Source: a virus (taxonomy: Duplodnaviria > Caudoviricetes). Taken from it: a stretch of DNA of 59,017 nucleotides. The position numbers and the translations under genes are program-made. Shown piece after piece: positions 19,501 through 27,843 of the stretch (its first letter is position 1; the number at the start of each line of letters is the position of its first letter). The notes beneath the pieces are model-generated. The model searched no databases and had not been told where the DNA came from. It worked only from the letters and a program-made list of their open reading frames with translations. Location: positions 1 through 59,017 of the IMG/VR virus record IMGVR_UViG_3300048576_000482; one strand, given 5' to 3'.

Positions 19501-19603
19501 ACGAAAACGAGCATTTGTAATAAATTTAAGTAAAGCTCCTGAAGAATTGCATGATGTCATTGATATCATGGAAGCCAGACAATGGCAGCAAGAATCCGGT
19601 TAA
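16547..19603 (+). CDS. Primase (Zn finger + TOPRIM) fused to P-loop ATPase/helicase
   Basis: CPFC...WKCFKDNC Zn finger; FITEGEFKA, LFDNE and KIDCD TOPRIM-like motifs; Walker A HGKRGSGKST; Walker B-like PFEEY. Confidence 0.85.
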   Translation: MPNSNSDLDTILKQLDKEAFLNSLGLQKNRNGRWYVDCPFCGGKEKLSINVDNGLWKCFKDNCPGGQGNIITLYAKMQDCTNGEAVKAIKEFAGIEDESKFGQSSKSKKTIKKTVSPKVNDIPDADQTGGDDIPPWEDPVSTEEGTHLPDKYVESAINAETALSQNIYSELVKLAHLTDAHRNELRTKRGFTDDTIERLSFRSGGPYMVQIIETLKGKFTAEDLRKAGILFEVNGKLVPNKQLIDPVIKLTKDGKEKTHSNILIPYPDEYGRFVYLRSHKLGFKNVPIQIYCRMFLAEARAAGFDWTFITEGEFKAGALRQLKFPSFAIPGVGSFSDTRFDELVSLLKEFGIKKVIWLFDNEIKDNPDFDNYKQKPEKRYDTEFYSYIMAYKFHKAGFVSLIGKLPDEWRQKGKIDCDGAVALGKKHDDFLPIINKAKTHNEFINQLPDDAQRIVKRKNAKYFLETKSPITREFNKYVITHKKGEENEWEETISNFIINIKSSFFTPDGVIRNIQLVNEFGETSATFAMTPGNMAGLHEFKQFCFSKGNYLFKGSSDDLLKIWEFEFARDVGDLIYMPEGIGRVDNDVWLFANAAIHEGKIYRPDSDGIMWINGKGYKPQSIQINAHGESTNESIPALSEKPIDLADLARKMRQTVGGYEAYMGLGWVIATLFNDDIFDVYKCCPIFFPHGKRGSGKSTFARWLIRCFGIELEGTGLADTTAPYISRAVSFYSSLGVPFEEYRNEQKVKQKDGLFRGLYNRQFSGKGTNTSIYTRAFNVNANILIVGEELPGDNGLFTRLIPVQISEHKRDRTHYEYLNRHMTSFSYLTYYVIMNFTELKPKIMANIAELKQMLLSRDISDRTAENWAICAGAFYTVILQDDEFIRWVEKACQEIKQTGEKEHMLNQFFHGVSVLVNEHKLNSSHICFDRSKNYIAIWTGVYDIWSEHYRKVTGNDPFDELSIRKYLMDEPYYLKTEKITFFGKERKRAFVINLSKAPEELHDVIDIMEARQWQQESG

Positions 19604-19633
19604 GAATTAAGTTTACATAAGTAAATATTAAAA

Positions 19634-20008
19634 ATGTGCCCAGGCTGTTTTGTTAATAATATCAATGGTTTACTTGTTTTGCGCCCAACGCGCCCAGACG
19701 ATTTTATAAAAAGTGCCCAGCCACAAAATTTAGAGCATCAATAATTTACACGATTTCGCCCAGCGCGCCCAAGCAATATAGATCAAAAACTTTTTTTAAA
19801 ATTCATGGCGAGCAGATCGTTTCTAAAATCCTGAGAAGAAAATATGAAAAAATTTTATCTCATTTTCCTGGGCGCGCTGGGCGCGAAACAGCAAAGTACC
19901 GTGGTTATCGAACAAAACCGCGCCCAAGCAATGTGGCAGGGAAAACGTTGTAGAGCATTAATGAATTAACTTTTTTCCGCGCCCAACTAGTTTTTTCCAC
20001 CTGGGCGG
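19634..20008. repeat. Putative replication origin: 11 GCCCA-core iterons in both orientations
   Basis: Non-coding stretch right after the primase-ATPase; (C)GCCCA on + at ~19638, 19683, 19692, 19715, 19758, 19767, 19922 and 19981, and on - at ~19869, 19878 and 20002; AT-rich spacers. Confidence 0.7.
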
Positions 20009-20061
20009 ATGGCTGATTAATAAGGATTTATGGTTGGCATACCAGCTAGGAGGATGTTTTC

Positions 20062-20439
20062 ATGAATAAATTTGCGGCAATGCTCGATAAATCAAAAACT
20101 TTAAATAATGTATCTGGTTCCGTATTAACTTCCCAGGTTCGAATCATTGATCCCCGCCCGGATCTATCCCGAGACTCCATCTTATGGCAGCAGTTACTCA
20201 CCGCCGCCAATGATATTGATTATCGCCTTTTCGGAGCCCTTTTATGTATGCGCCGGGCCGGTACTGGGATAGTTAGAAATCCAAATGGCGGATTAAGGCT
20301 ATATCCGCATATCGCCAAAAATCCGGCAATCGAGACAGACCGGTGGGCCAGCTTGGATGAGTATGATCGGCTGAAAGGTGAGATATTGGCGCCGGTGGCC
20401 GAGGAGCTGTTTAAACTGATGGGGAAGATAGTGGCATAA
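20062..20439 (+). CDS. Hypothetical protein
   Basis: AGGAGG RBS; DPRPDL..DS..W motif. Confidence 0.7.
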   Translation: MNKFAAMLDKSKTLNNVSGSVLTSQVRIIDPRPDLSRDSILWQQLLTAANDIDYRLFGALLCMRRAGTGIVRNPNGGLRLYPHIAKNPAIETDRWASLDEYDRLKGEILAPVAEELFKLMGKIVA

Positions 20440-20492
20440 TATGCCCAGATTGTAGAAAGAAATTTAAATTAAAATAAGGAGGTTCTTTAAAA

Positions 20493-20711
20493 ATGCAATC
20501 ACATCATCAAATCAACCAAACCGATCTAAAAAATCATCAGGCCGTGCACCTAATTGACCAGGCTATCGAAATTTTATTCTCGCCGCCGGAGCCGGAATCA
20601 CTCCCGCTTTTTGTTCCGGACATGGCAGACCCGGGCAGCAGATGGGTGGCATCTCCCTGGGCGGACAATGGGGATAATGGATTAGGAAATAACTCTAGAA
20701 AGGCGGCGTGA
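20493..20711 (+). CDS. Hypothetical protein
   Basis: AAGGAGG RBS. Confidence 0.55.
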   Translation: MQSHHQINQTDLKNHQAVHLIDQAIEILFSPPEPESLPLFVPDMADPGSRWVASPWADNGDNGLGNNSRKAA

Positions 20712-20715
20712 AGCT

Positions 20716-21894
20716 ATGCAAATTACCGTCAATCAAGCCGTTTTTGCAAAAAACCTTTCCATTGTTAATCGGTCCACTGGAGTCGGCGGTACGTTACCCA
20801 TTCTTGAAAATATTTTGCTTGAAATTGATAGTGACAATTCATGCATTAAAGCCACAGCGACAAACTTGGCAATCTTTATTAAAGCAACAATCCCAGCTCA
20901 ATTTGATTTGTTTGAAAATACTTCGACCACCAAATCATTTTTGATTAATGGCAAGCAATTGGTTGATTTTATAAACACATTGCCAAGTAACAGTGAAATA
21001 AAGTTAACTCCTAATAATTTAAACGGAATCAACCTACAATGCAACAAAATCAAGTTTCAATTCCCCGGAATGCCAGTTGAACAATTTCCCAATGTATCTG
21101 AAATTCCAGAACCAGCGAAATCCAGTATATTATTCGTGCCAGGAGAAAAATTGAAGGACGGGTTAAAACAAACTCTCTATATTCCTGATCCTAAAGAAGT
21201 AACTCCATTTAGATGTTCAGTGTTAATGGATATATTTGAATCGGAAATACGGTTTGTATCTACCGATGGACATCGAATGGCGATTCGAAAAATACCGGTT
21301 ACCAATATCACAAAATCTCAGATTATGTTGCCCGTTAACTCAATCAAAAAAATCGTTGATTTAATCATTGACGATAGTGTGCAATTGATTTTCAACGAAC
21401 AAAAACTATTTATCATATCTCCGGATACTGTGATTGGAATTAACCTGGTAGCCGGTAATTATCCCAAATACGAATCAGTTTTTAACAATGGTTTAGCTGG
21501 AAATTTGCTTGATAATAACAACATATCTCAAATTTCCATTAATGCTGATGTTTTGGAAAAAGCATTAAGGAGAGCTTCATCTATCGATGATAGAGCATTG
21601 TTCATATTTAAGGGCGATAGTTCCAGTATAAATATCTCCGGCAAATCCACTGAGGGAGATTTGCGGACATCCGATGAAGACTTGGATTTAATTAAAAACT
21701 CAGAAATTGGTTTCGAAGAAGTGTTTAATGTCAAGTACATGGCGGATTATTTAAAAAATATTGATACAGACAATGTTCGGTTGATATACCAAAAAGTAAA
21801 AAATAAGGCTGTTTTAATAGAATCGGGCAATAAAGAGGACGGTGTATATCAATATTTGATAATGCCTATTATTGTGAATAAAGGAGTTGCCTAA
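20716..21894 (+). CDS. dnaN: DNA polymerase III beta sliding clamp homolog
   Basis: LPILENILL, ATATNL, FVSTDGHRMA, GNYPKYE, FNVKYMAD and YLIMPI. Confidence 0.92.
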   Translation: MQITVNQAVFAKNLSIVNRSTGVGGTLPILENILLEIDSDNSCIKATATNLAIFIKATIPAQFDLFENTSTTKSFLINGKQLVDFINTLPSNSEIKLTPNNLNGINLQCNKIKFQFPGMPVEQFPNVSEIPEPAKSSILFVPGEKLKDGLKQTLYIPDPKEVTPFRCSVLMDIFESEIRFVSTDGHRMAIRKIPVTNITKSQIMLPVNSIKKIVDLIIDDSVQLIFNEQKLFIISPDTVIGINLVAGNYPKYESVFNNGLAGNLLDNNNISQISINADVLEKALRRASSIDDRALFIFKGDSSSINISGKSTEGDLRTSDEDLDLIKNSEIGFEEVFNVKYMADYLKNIDTDNVRLIYQKVKNKAVLIESGNKEDGVYQYLIMPIIVNKGVA

Positions 21895-21895
21895 T

Positions 21896-22234
21896 ATGGC
21901 TAACAATACCAAACCTCACGACTCCATCCGTGAAATCTGCGCCTTATGCGGCCGGTCAGATTTCAAATATCGTTTCAGCGAGGATTATTTCAAGGAACAA
22001 ATTGTCGTAATCCAATGCGCTGATCCGAAATGTAACTGGCTGGTGGGTATCGTATCCGCGACTCCGGACCATCAATGGTATATCGCCCGGGCGCTGGAGT
22101 ATAAAGCAAAACATGGAGAAGGGCAAGTGGAGCAGATGGGGCGGGTTGAACGGATGGAACAAATTCTGGCAACTATTAATCCGCCAACACTACCACTAGC
22201 GCCGGAACCATCCGGGCAGTTAAGTTTATTTTAA
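21896..22234 (+). CDS. Zn-ribbon protein with C-terminal QLSLF clamp-binding motif
   Basis: CALC...CADPKC; ends in GQLSLF. Confidence 0.65.
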   Translation: MANNTKPHDSIREICALCGRSDFKYRFSEDYFKEQIVVIQCADPKCNWLVGIVSATPDHQWYIARALEYKAKHGEGQVEQMGRVERMEQILATINPPTLPLAPEPSGQLSLF

Positions 22235-22252
22235 TTTTAAGGAGTTGATAAT

Positions 22253-22855
22253 ATGTATTTCACAGGAATAGACCCTTCACTAGCTTCCACGGGAATTGTA
22301 ATCATCGACGAATTAGGAAAATTACAACGGTCCAAAGTAATTTCAGTAAAACAAACTGGGCCAGCTAGACTAGTCGCAATCCGGAACACAGTGCGGTATG
22401 AACTAGCTCATTTTTCCGAAACTCCGATAATTGATTGCCTTGCCCAAGTCTGTATTGAACATTACGCCATGGGTGCCAAGTTTGGCCGGGAGTTAGCCGG
22501 AGAGCTGGGCGGAGTCCTCCGGGTAATGATGTTTGAAAATGAGATTGATTATACCGAGATCCCTCCGCTCCGACTGAAACAATTCGCCACTGGGAAGGCC
22601 ACCGCCGAAAAAGATCATATACTTTTAGCCGTGTTCAAAAAGTGGGGAGTTGAATTTAAAACAAACGATGAAGCCGATGCGTTCATCCTGGCGCAAATGG
22701 CCAGGGTGTTATGGACGGTGAAATCAATCGGGGAGACTGGGTATGATAGGTTAAAGTTGACAGCTTACGAGCGGGATGTGATTAATAATATTCTTAACCC
22801 CACAACCAAGCCTAAAAAGAAATCCGGCAGGAAAATCAAAAGCGAGGCGGCTTGA
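22253..22855 (+). CDS. ruvC: RuvC-like Holliday junction resolvase
   Basis: GIDPSLASTG, CIEHY, LKQFATGKATAEK and NDEADAF. Confidence 0.88.
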   Translation: MYFTGIDPSLASTGIVIIDELGKLQRSKVISVKQTGPARLVAIRNTVRYELAHFSETPIIDCLAQVCIEHYAMGAKFGRELAGELGGVLRVMMFENEIDYTEIPPLRLKQFATGKATAEKDHILLAVFKKWGVEFKTNDEADAFILAQMARVLWTVKSIGETGYDRLKLTAYERDVINNILNPTTKPKKKSGRKIKSEAA

Positions 22856-22856
22856 A

Positions 22857-23252
22857 ATGTCCAACAAACTTCCCGAAGCGCTCCACCAGCAACGTCTTAC
22901 CCTATACAACCAGGGTCTAAGCGATAATGAAATCGCCAAACGGCTAAACTTATCAAGCGGACCAGCGATTTACTACTGGCGTAAGATTAACAACTTGCCC
23001 GCTCATCCGTCCAAGTTTAGCAACCGGGCACCAGAATTAACCGACCAACAAAAAGCCTGGATACGCGAAAATTATTATAAACTTACGCTTACTGAAATTG
23101 CGCAATATCTGGACATACCAGAGACGACTTTCAAAAAGCTGTTATACAGTAAGCTAATCAAGGAACTAAACCTTGAGTTAAAATGCCCGAAGCAAAGGAG
23201 AACGGTTAGCCGGGCCGGATTGATGGAATTAATGAAAAAGGCGGTGAGTTAA
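22857..23252 (+). CDS. HTH DNA-binding protein
   Basis: LYNQGLSDNEIAKRL...YWR and a second HTH-like LTEIAQYL. Confidence 0.7.
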   Translation: MSNKLPEALHQQRLTLYNQGLSDNEIAKRLNLSSGPAIYYWRKINNLPAHPSKFSNRAPELTDQQKAWIRENYYKLTLTEIAQYLDIPETTFKKLLYSKLIKELNLELKCPKQRRTVSRAGLMELMKKAVS

Positions 23253-23254
23253 GG

Positions 23255-24109
23255 ATGAATGATGTAATAAATAATAATCCCAATCTCAAACCATTCCTTA
23301 AATGGCCCGGAGGCAAACGCCAGCTTCTCCCCGAGCTAAAGAAGTATATGCCGGTAAATTACAAGAGATACTTTGAGCCGTTCGTCGGGGCCGGAGCGAT
23401 GCTGTTTGATTTGCAACCAAAGGGAGCGATGATAAATGATTATAACACGGAATTAATTAATTGCTACAGGGTAATAAGATCTGCTCCCGATAGGCTTATT
23501 GAAATATTGAATACTTTTAAAAACAACGAGAGCTTTTATTATCAATTACGAAGCTATAACCCTGTTTCGTTAATTGAACAGGCCGCCCGAACTATTTTCC
23601 TAAATAAAACATGCTTCAACGGATTATACCGGCTTAACTCAAAAGGCCAGTTTAATGCCTCATATGGGTTCTATAAAAATGAATTTAAGCCAGACACCGA
23701 AACTATCCAGGCGGCTAGCCAGTATCTGAATCAAAAAGAGATATTTATTTTAAATCAAGATTTCTCGTCTGTGGTTTTATACGCCCAGGCTGGTGACTTC
23801 GTTTATTTTGACCCACCCTATGATGTAATATCTAAGACGGCGAATTTCACCGGATATACTTCAACCGGTTTCACTCGGGATGATCAGATTCGTTTACACC
23901 AAGCGGCTATAAAATTAACCGAAAATGGTATCTCTGTAATGATAAGCAACTCAAACACTGAGTTTATCGACGGATTATACAGTGATCCGATGTGGCATAT
24001 TCACGAAATCCAGGCCAAGCGAAATATCAATTGCGACGGTGCCGGCCGGGGAAAAGTGACCGAGTTGATAGTAACGAATTATAGCCATTATAAGGAGGCA
24101 GCGGCGTGA
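23255..24109 (+). CDS. dam: Dam-family DNA adenine methyltransferase (orphan)
   Basis: KWPGGK, EPFVGAG, FNGLYRLN and YFDPPY. Confidence 0.93.
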   Translation: MNDVINNNPNLKPFLKWPGGKRQLLPELKKYMPVNYKRYFEPFVGAGAMLFDLQPKGAMINDYNTELINCYRVIRSAPDRLIEILNTFKNNESFYYQLRSYNPVSLIEQAARTIFLNKTCFNGLYRLNSKGQFNASYGFYKNEFKPDTETIQAASQYLNQKEIFILNQDFSSVVLYAQAGDFVYFDPPYDVISKTANFTGYTSTGFTRDDQIRLHQAAIKLTENGISVMISNSNTEFIDGLYSDPMWHIHEIQAKRNINCDGAGRGKVTELIVTNYSHYKEAAA

Positions 24110-24110
24110 T

Positions 24111-24320
24111 ATGTACTTCACTACCTTTTGGGATGCGTTTTCCTTTTTAAGCAGTATTTTTCTCCTGGGATTCGTTGCTGGACTGGCTTTGATTGGCAAT
24201 ATCGCTTTGGGCCGGGAGGCCAGGCTGGAAAATAAAAATGTGTTGCTCCGAAGGCAGGTGGTTGAGCTGGAGAGGGAGAGGGATTCAAACAGTCAAGATT
24301 ATCAACAAAAAGCAGCTTAA
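24111..24320 (+). CDS. Small membrane protein
   Basis: TM helix followed by coiled coil. Confidence 0.55.
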   Translation: MYFTTFWDAFSFLSSIFLLGFVAGLALIGNIALGREARLENKNVLLRRQVVELERERDSNSQDYQQKAA

Positions 24321-24341
24321 AAAAACAGGAGGGTTAATCTA

Positions 24342-24620
24342 ATGCCAAAGTCAAACTTAAAGTACACTGTTGAGGTTACTACCGAAGGAGTTAAAAAACG
24401 TTTTGAATTCAAAGGTCAAGTCTTTGAAGAAATTTGGGTGAGGGGAAAAGAAGGAGAAAGTTGTCACGCTAAAACTACCGGAAAAGGCATCGATTTGCAA
24501 GTGGAGGACGCCGGATTAGATGAACAGCTCGGCCATAATATCATGGATTTTTTCTGCAGCGGTGATGATCCGCAGGAATTGTGGGACGCTTTTGAGGATT
24601 ACGAAGAAGATAATAATTAG
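24342..24620 (+). CDS. Hypothetical acidic protein
   Basis: AGGAGG RBS. Confidence 0.65.
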   Translation: MPKSNLKYTVEVTTEGVKKRFEFKGQVFEEIWVRGKEGESCHAKTTGKGIDLQVEDAGLDEQLGHNIMDFFCSGDDPQELWDAFEDYEEDNN

Positions 24621-24658
24621 AAAGATAATAGTTAAATAAATCAGGAGGTCCGGACTCC

Positions 24659-25255
24659 ATGACTAAAAAACTAACCATCCAAACCAGACCAATAATTGAA
24701 TCCGTCTTCACCCCGGCCTGCCCGGTTTGCCAGTTACCCATGCTCCCGATTCCCGGTCAGAAATCAGGAGCCTGGCGGTGCAGGAATAGAACTTGCCGGA
24801 ATAATGGCGGCGAATACTGGGATGCGCTGGACCGTAGATTTAAAAAACTGCCATTAAATTCGTTAAACCAAGACAGCCCGGATCAATTAACCTTGATGAA
24901 TCAATATCAGGATTTCAATCCGACTTGTCCGCGATGCATCAGCGTACCCAAGAATTTATCAATTCCAATGTTATATATGCCGGATGAGTCATGGACCTGC
25001 CCGGAATGTTTGGGGCAGTATTACCCTGAGGGAGCTCCGGAGGTTGAGCGGGTGATCGACCAGAAAATAAAATGTCAAACCAAGGATATAATGAAACCGG
25101 GTGAAGGATTCAAAATGCAGATGTCAGCCAAGCATAAAAGCAGCGGCGGCAGTAAGTCCGGACGGAAACGAAGTAAACCGATGAAGCGGGACTTTGCTGG
25201 AAGATATTATTTTTCGGATGATTCGGGCGGGAATAAAGGTAGGAAGGGAGCGTAA
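24659..25255 (+). CDS. Multi-CxxC zinc-binding protein
   Basis: CPVC, CRNRTC, CPRC and CPEC; basic tail; last gene before the late region. Confidence 0.65.
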   Translation: MTKKLTIQTRPIIESVFTPACPVCQLPMLPIPGQKSGAWRCRNRTCRNNGGEYWDALDRRFKKLPLNSLNQDSPDQLTLMNQYQDFNPTCPRCISVPKNLSIPMLYMPDESWTCPECLGQYYPEGAPEVERVIDQKIKCQTKDIMKPGEGFKMQMSAKHKSSGGSKSGRKRSKPMKRDFAGRYYFSDDSGGNKGRKGA

Positions 25256-25259
25256 CTTT

Positions 25260-25315
25260 TAGGAATGTATTGATCTTAGGAATGTGTTGATCTATTGACA
25301 ACATTGTGGTAAAAT
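25260..25315 (+). promoter_or_regulatory. Putative late promoter with 17-bp tandem repeat
   Basis: TAGGAATGTATTGATCT/TAGGAATGTGTTGATCT; TTGATC-17-TAAAAT with extended TG. Confidence 0.55.
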
Positions 25316-25507
25316 CTAAAGTGAAAGTTCCATGTATAAGTATAAAGTGTTATATATAATAAAGTAATACTAAATAATACTACTATAAGTATATCTATAT
25401 TTAGGAAACGACTGTCCATTTTTGGGCAGTTTTATTTTTTTATTTAGACTTTTATGCAACACAACTAATTAATAGTTGCAACTGCTTGGATAAGTAGGTG
25501 AGGTGGT

Positions 25508-26530
25508 ATGGCTGCCAATGGTCCGGAAATAGATGCAATCAAGAATAAAATAAGACAAGCTTATGAATCCGGAGTTGCAACCTTCAAGCAACTATCCGAA
25601 AAGTATAGCGTTAAAGAAGGTACTATTAAGAGTTGGGCCAGCCGGGAGGGCTGGGTTAAGGGTAATACGCAGAGTAAGCGAGATGAAGGCAATAAGCAAC
25701 CGCAACTCAAAAAAAAAGTAAAGGTTGCAACTAAAAATAATATTAAAAAGGATGCAACTTCAAAGGACGCAACCAAGAAAAGTAAAAAAGGAAAAGTTGC
25801 GGTTAAGGATGCATCATCTTCATCTAAAAATAAGTTTCAGATCCAATCATATATTGAACCAGAGAAACCCAAGGAGCTTACCGAAAAGGAAAAGCTTTTT
25901 TGTTTTTACTTTGCAAGGACTCTTAATGCTACACAATCATATTTAAAGGCGTTTGAATGTAATTACCAAACAGCCAACAAGGAAGCCTGCAAATTAATGG
26001 TAATACCCGGTATTCGCGCCGAGATTGACCGTCTCAAGGAAATCAAGTATCAATCCATCATGCTGAATGTTGACGATATCGTCGAGAAACATATGCGGGC
26101 GGCGTTTGCTGAAATCACCGATTATGTTGAGTTTGGCCGCACCGAGATAATAACCGGTGTCACCAAGCAAAAAGTAATTAACCTGCAAACCGGCAAAGAG
26201 GAGGAACGCGAGTTCCCCATATTTAAAACCGTCAACGATGTCCGCTTCAAAGAATCATCCGAAGTGGATGGCAGTTTAATATCAGAGGTCAAGGTTGGCA
26301 AAGACGGCGCCTCAATCAAACTCCTTGATCCCCAAAAATCCATGGACTGGCTGGAGCGATACTTCCAATGGAATCCGATGGACCGGCATAAAATGGACTT
26401 CGATAATAAACGGCTGAAATTGCAGGAGCGCGATCTGGATATTAAACAGGAATCAGTAAGCAAAGGACAGAATATCACGCCGAATCAAGGTGTCTGTATT
26501 GTAGATGATATTGCTGGTGTAGCCAAATGA
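25508..26530 (+). CDS. terS: Terminase small subunit
   Basis: N-terminal HTH (LSEKYSVKEGTIKSWASREGW) and LTEKEKLFC...NATQSYLKAF; directly upstream of terL. Confidence 0.88.
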   Translation: MAANGPEIDAIKNKIRQAYESGVATFKQLSEKYSVKEGTIKSWASREGWVKGNTQSKRDEGNKQPQLKKKVKVATKNNIKKDATSKDATKKSKKGKVAVKDASSSSKNKFQIQSYIEPEKPKELTEKEKLFCFYFARTLNATQSYLKAFECNYQTANKEACKLMVIPGIRAEIDRLKEIKYQSIMLNVDDIVEKHMRAAFAEITDYVEFGRTEIITGVTKQKVINLQTGKEEEREFPIFKTVNDVRFKESSEVDGSLISEVKVGKDGASIKLLDPQKSMDWLERYFQWNPMDRHKMDFDNKRLKLQERDLDIKQESVSKGQNITPNQGVCIVDDIAGVAK

Positions 26531-27813
26531 TTGAAATAATTGATCAAGCAAACAAGGCTATCACCCGCCTATCATCCGTTATTGCCGCCAGTTTTCATGC
26601 CGTCCATTTATTCATTAAAAACCATGCGTTTACTCATTTTTGGTTCAAAGGTGGCCGCGGCTCAACCAAATCATCATGTATTTCCGTTGAAATTATCCTT
26701 GGCATGATGAAAGATCCGTTGGCTAATGCGGTTATATTACGCAAAGTTAAAGATACACTCAAGGATTCCGTATTTGAGCAGTTACAATGGGCAATTGACA
26801 CCCTGGGCGTAGCGCAATACTGGGACTCCAAAACAAGTCCACTAGAGCTGTCATACATCCCAACCGGCCAACGGATCGTATTCCGGGGAGCGGATAAGCC
26901 AAAGAAAATTAAGTCTATTAAGTTTTCTCATGGATATTGTAAATTTGTCTGGTTTGAGGAGCTGGACGAATTCTCCGGGATGGCTGAGATCAGAAACATT
27001 CTTCAATCATTATTGCGTGGTGGTCCGCAATACTACGTATTTTATAGCTACAATCCGCCCCAATCAGTCAAAAATTGGGTAAATGAAGAAGCATTGATTG
27101 ACCGTCCAGACAGGATAGTTCACCATAGCACTTATAAAGATGTTCCCCGGGAATGGCTAGGGGAACAATTTTTTATCGAGGCCGAGCATCTTAAGGCAAT
27201 CAATCAAAAAGCTTATGACCATGAGTATGGCGGCGAAGTAAACGGAACCGGCGGCGAGATATTCCAAAATGTCAAACTTCGCGTTATTACCGATGAAGAG
27301 ATTGCCAGGTTTGACCGTATCCGGAGAGGCATTGACTGGGGATACTCAATCGACCCGTTTCATTACGGTGTCATGCATTATGATAAGACTCGGCGCAAGT
27401 TGTATATATTCTTCGAGATAACAAAAGTCGGTTTAAGCAATCGAAAAGCAGCCGAGCTAATTAAGGCTGAAAATAAGCATAATCAAATTATAATCTGCGA
27501 TAGCGCCGAGCCTAAATCTATAGCCGACATGATTAGTTATAACTTGAGAGTTAAAGGAGCCAAGAAAGGTCCGGATTCGGTTGAGTATGGAATTAAGTTT
27601 CTTCAGGATTTAGAAGAAATAATTATCGATCCGGTTCGCTGCCCCAACACGGCCAGAGAATTCCTTAACTACGAACTAGAGAAGGACGCTAAAGGGAACT
27701 TTAAAGCAGAGTTCCCGGATAAAGACGACCATGCGATAGACTGTGTTAGGTATGCAATGGAAGATGACATGATTGAATCAGGTCAAGTTGGCACGAAACC
27801 GCGCGGCGCGTAA
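26527..27813 (+). CDS. terL: Terminase large subunit, PBSX family
   Basis: KGGRGSTKS, WFEE, SYNPP, GIDWGY, DSAEP and DHAIDCVRYA. Confidence 0.95.
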   Translation: MIEIIDQANKAITRLSSVIAASFHAVHLFIKNHAFTHFWFKGGRGSTKSSCISVEIILGMMKDPLANAVILRKVKDTLKDSVFEQLQWAIDTLGVAQYWDSKTSPLELSYIPTGQRIVFRGADKPKKIKSIKFSHGYCKFVWFEELDEFSGMAEIRNILQSLLRGGPQYYVFYSYNPPQSVKNWVNEEALIDRPDRIVHHSTYKDVPREWLGEQFFIEAEHLKAINQKAYDHEYGGEVNGTGGEIFQNVKLRVITDEEIARFDRIRRGIDWGYSIDPFHYGVMHYDKTRRKLYIFFEITKVGLSNRKAAELIKAENKHNQIIICDSAEPKSIADMISYNLRVKGAKKGPDSVEYGIKFLQDLEEIIIDPVRCPNTAREFLNYELEKDAKGNFKAEFPDKDDHAIDCVRYAMEDDMIESGQVGTKPRGA

Positions 27814-27843
27814 ATGTACCCGTATTCAAGAGGAGCATAAACA

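Noticed and set aside
8415-19603. Inteins or introns in the large replication ORFs
   Set aside because: No intein splice-junction or LAGLIDADG motifs noticed; lengths are explained by domain fusions and coiled coil
19634-20008. CRISPR-like array
   Set aside because: Repeats are 5-15 bp, in both orientations and irregularly spaced; no cas genes
23255-24109. Complete restriction-modification system
   Set aside because: No adjacent endonuclease; an orphan phage Dam is ordinary
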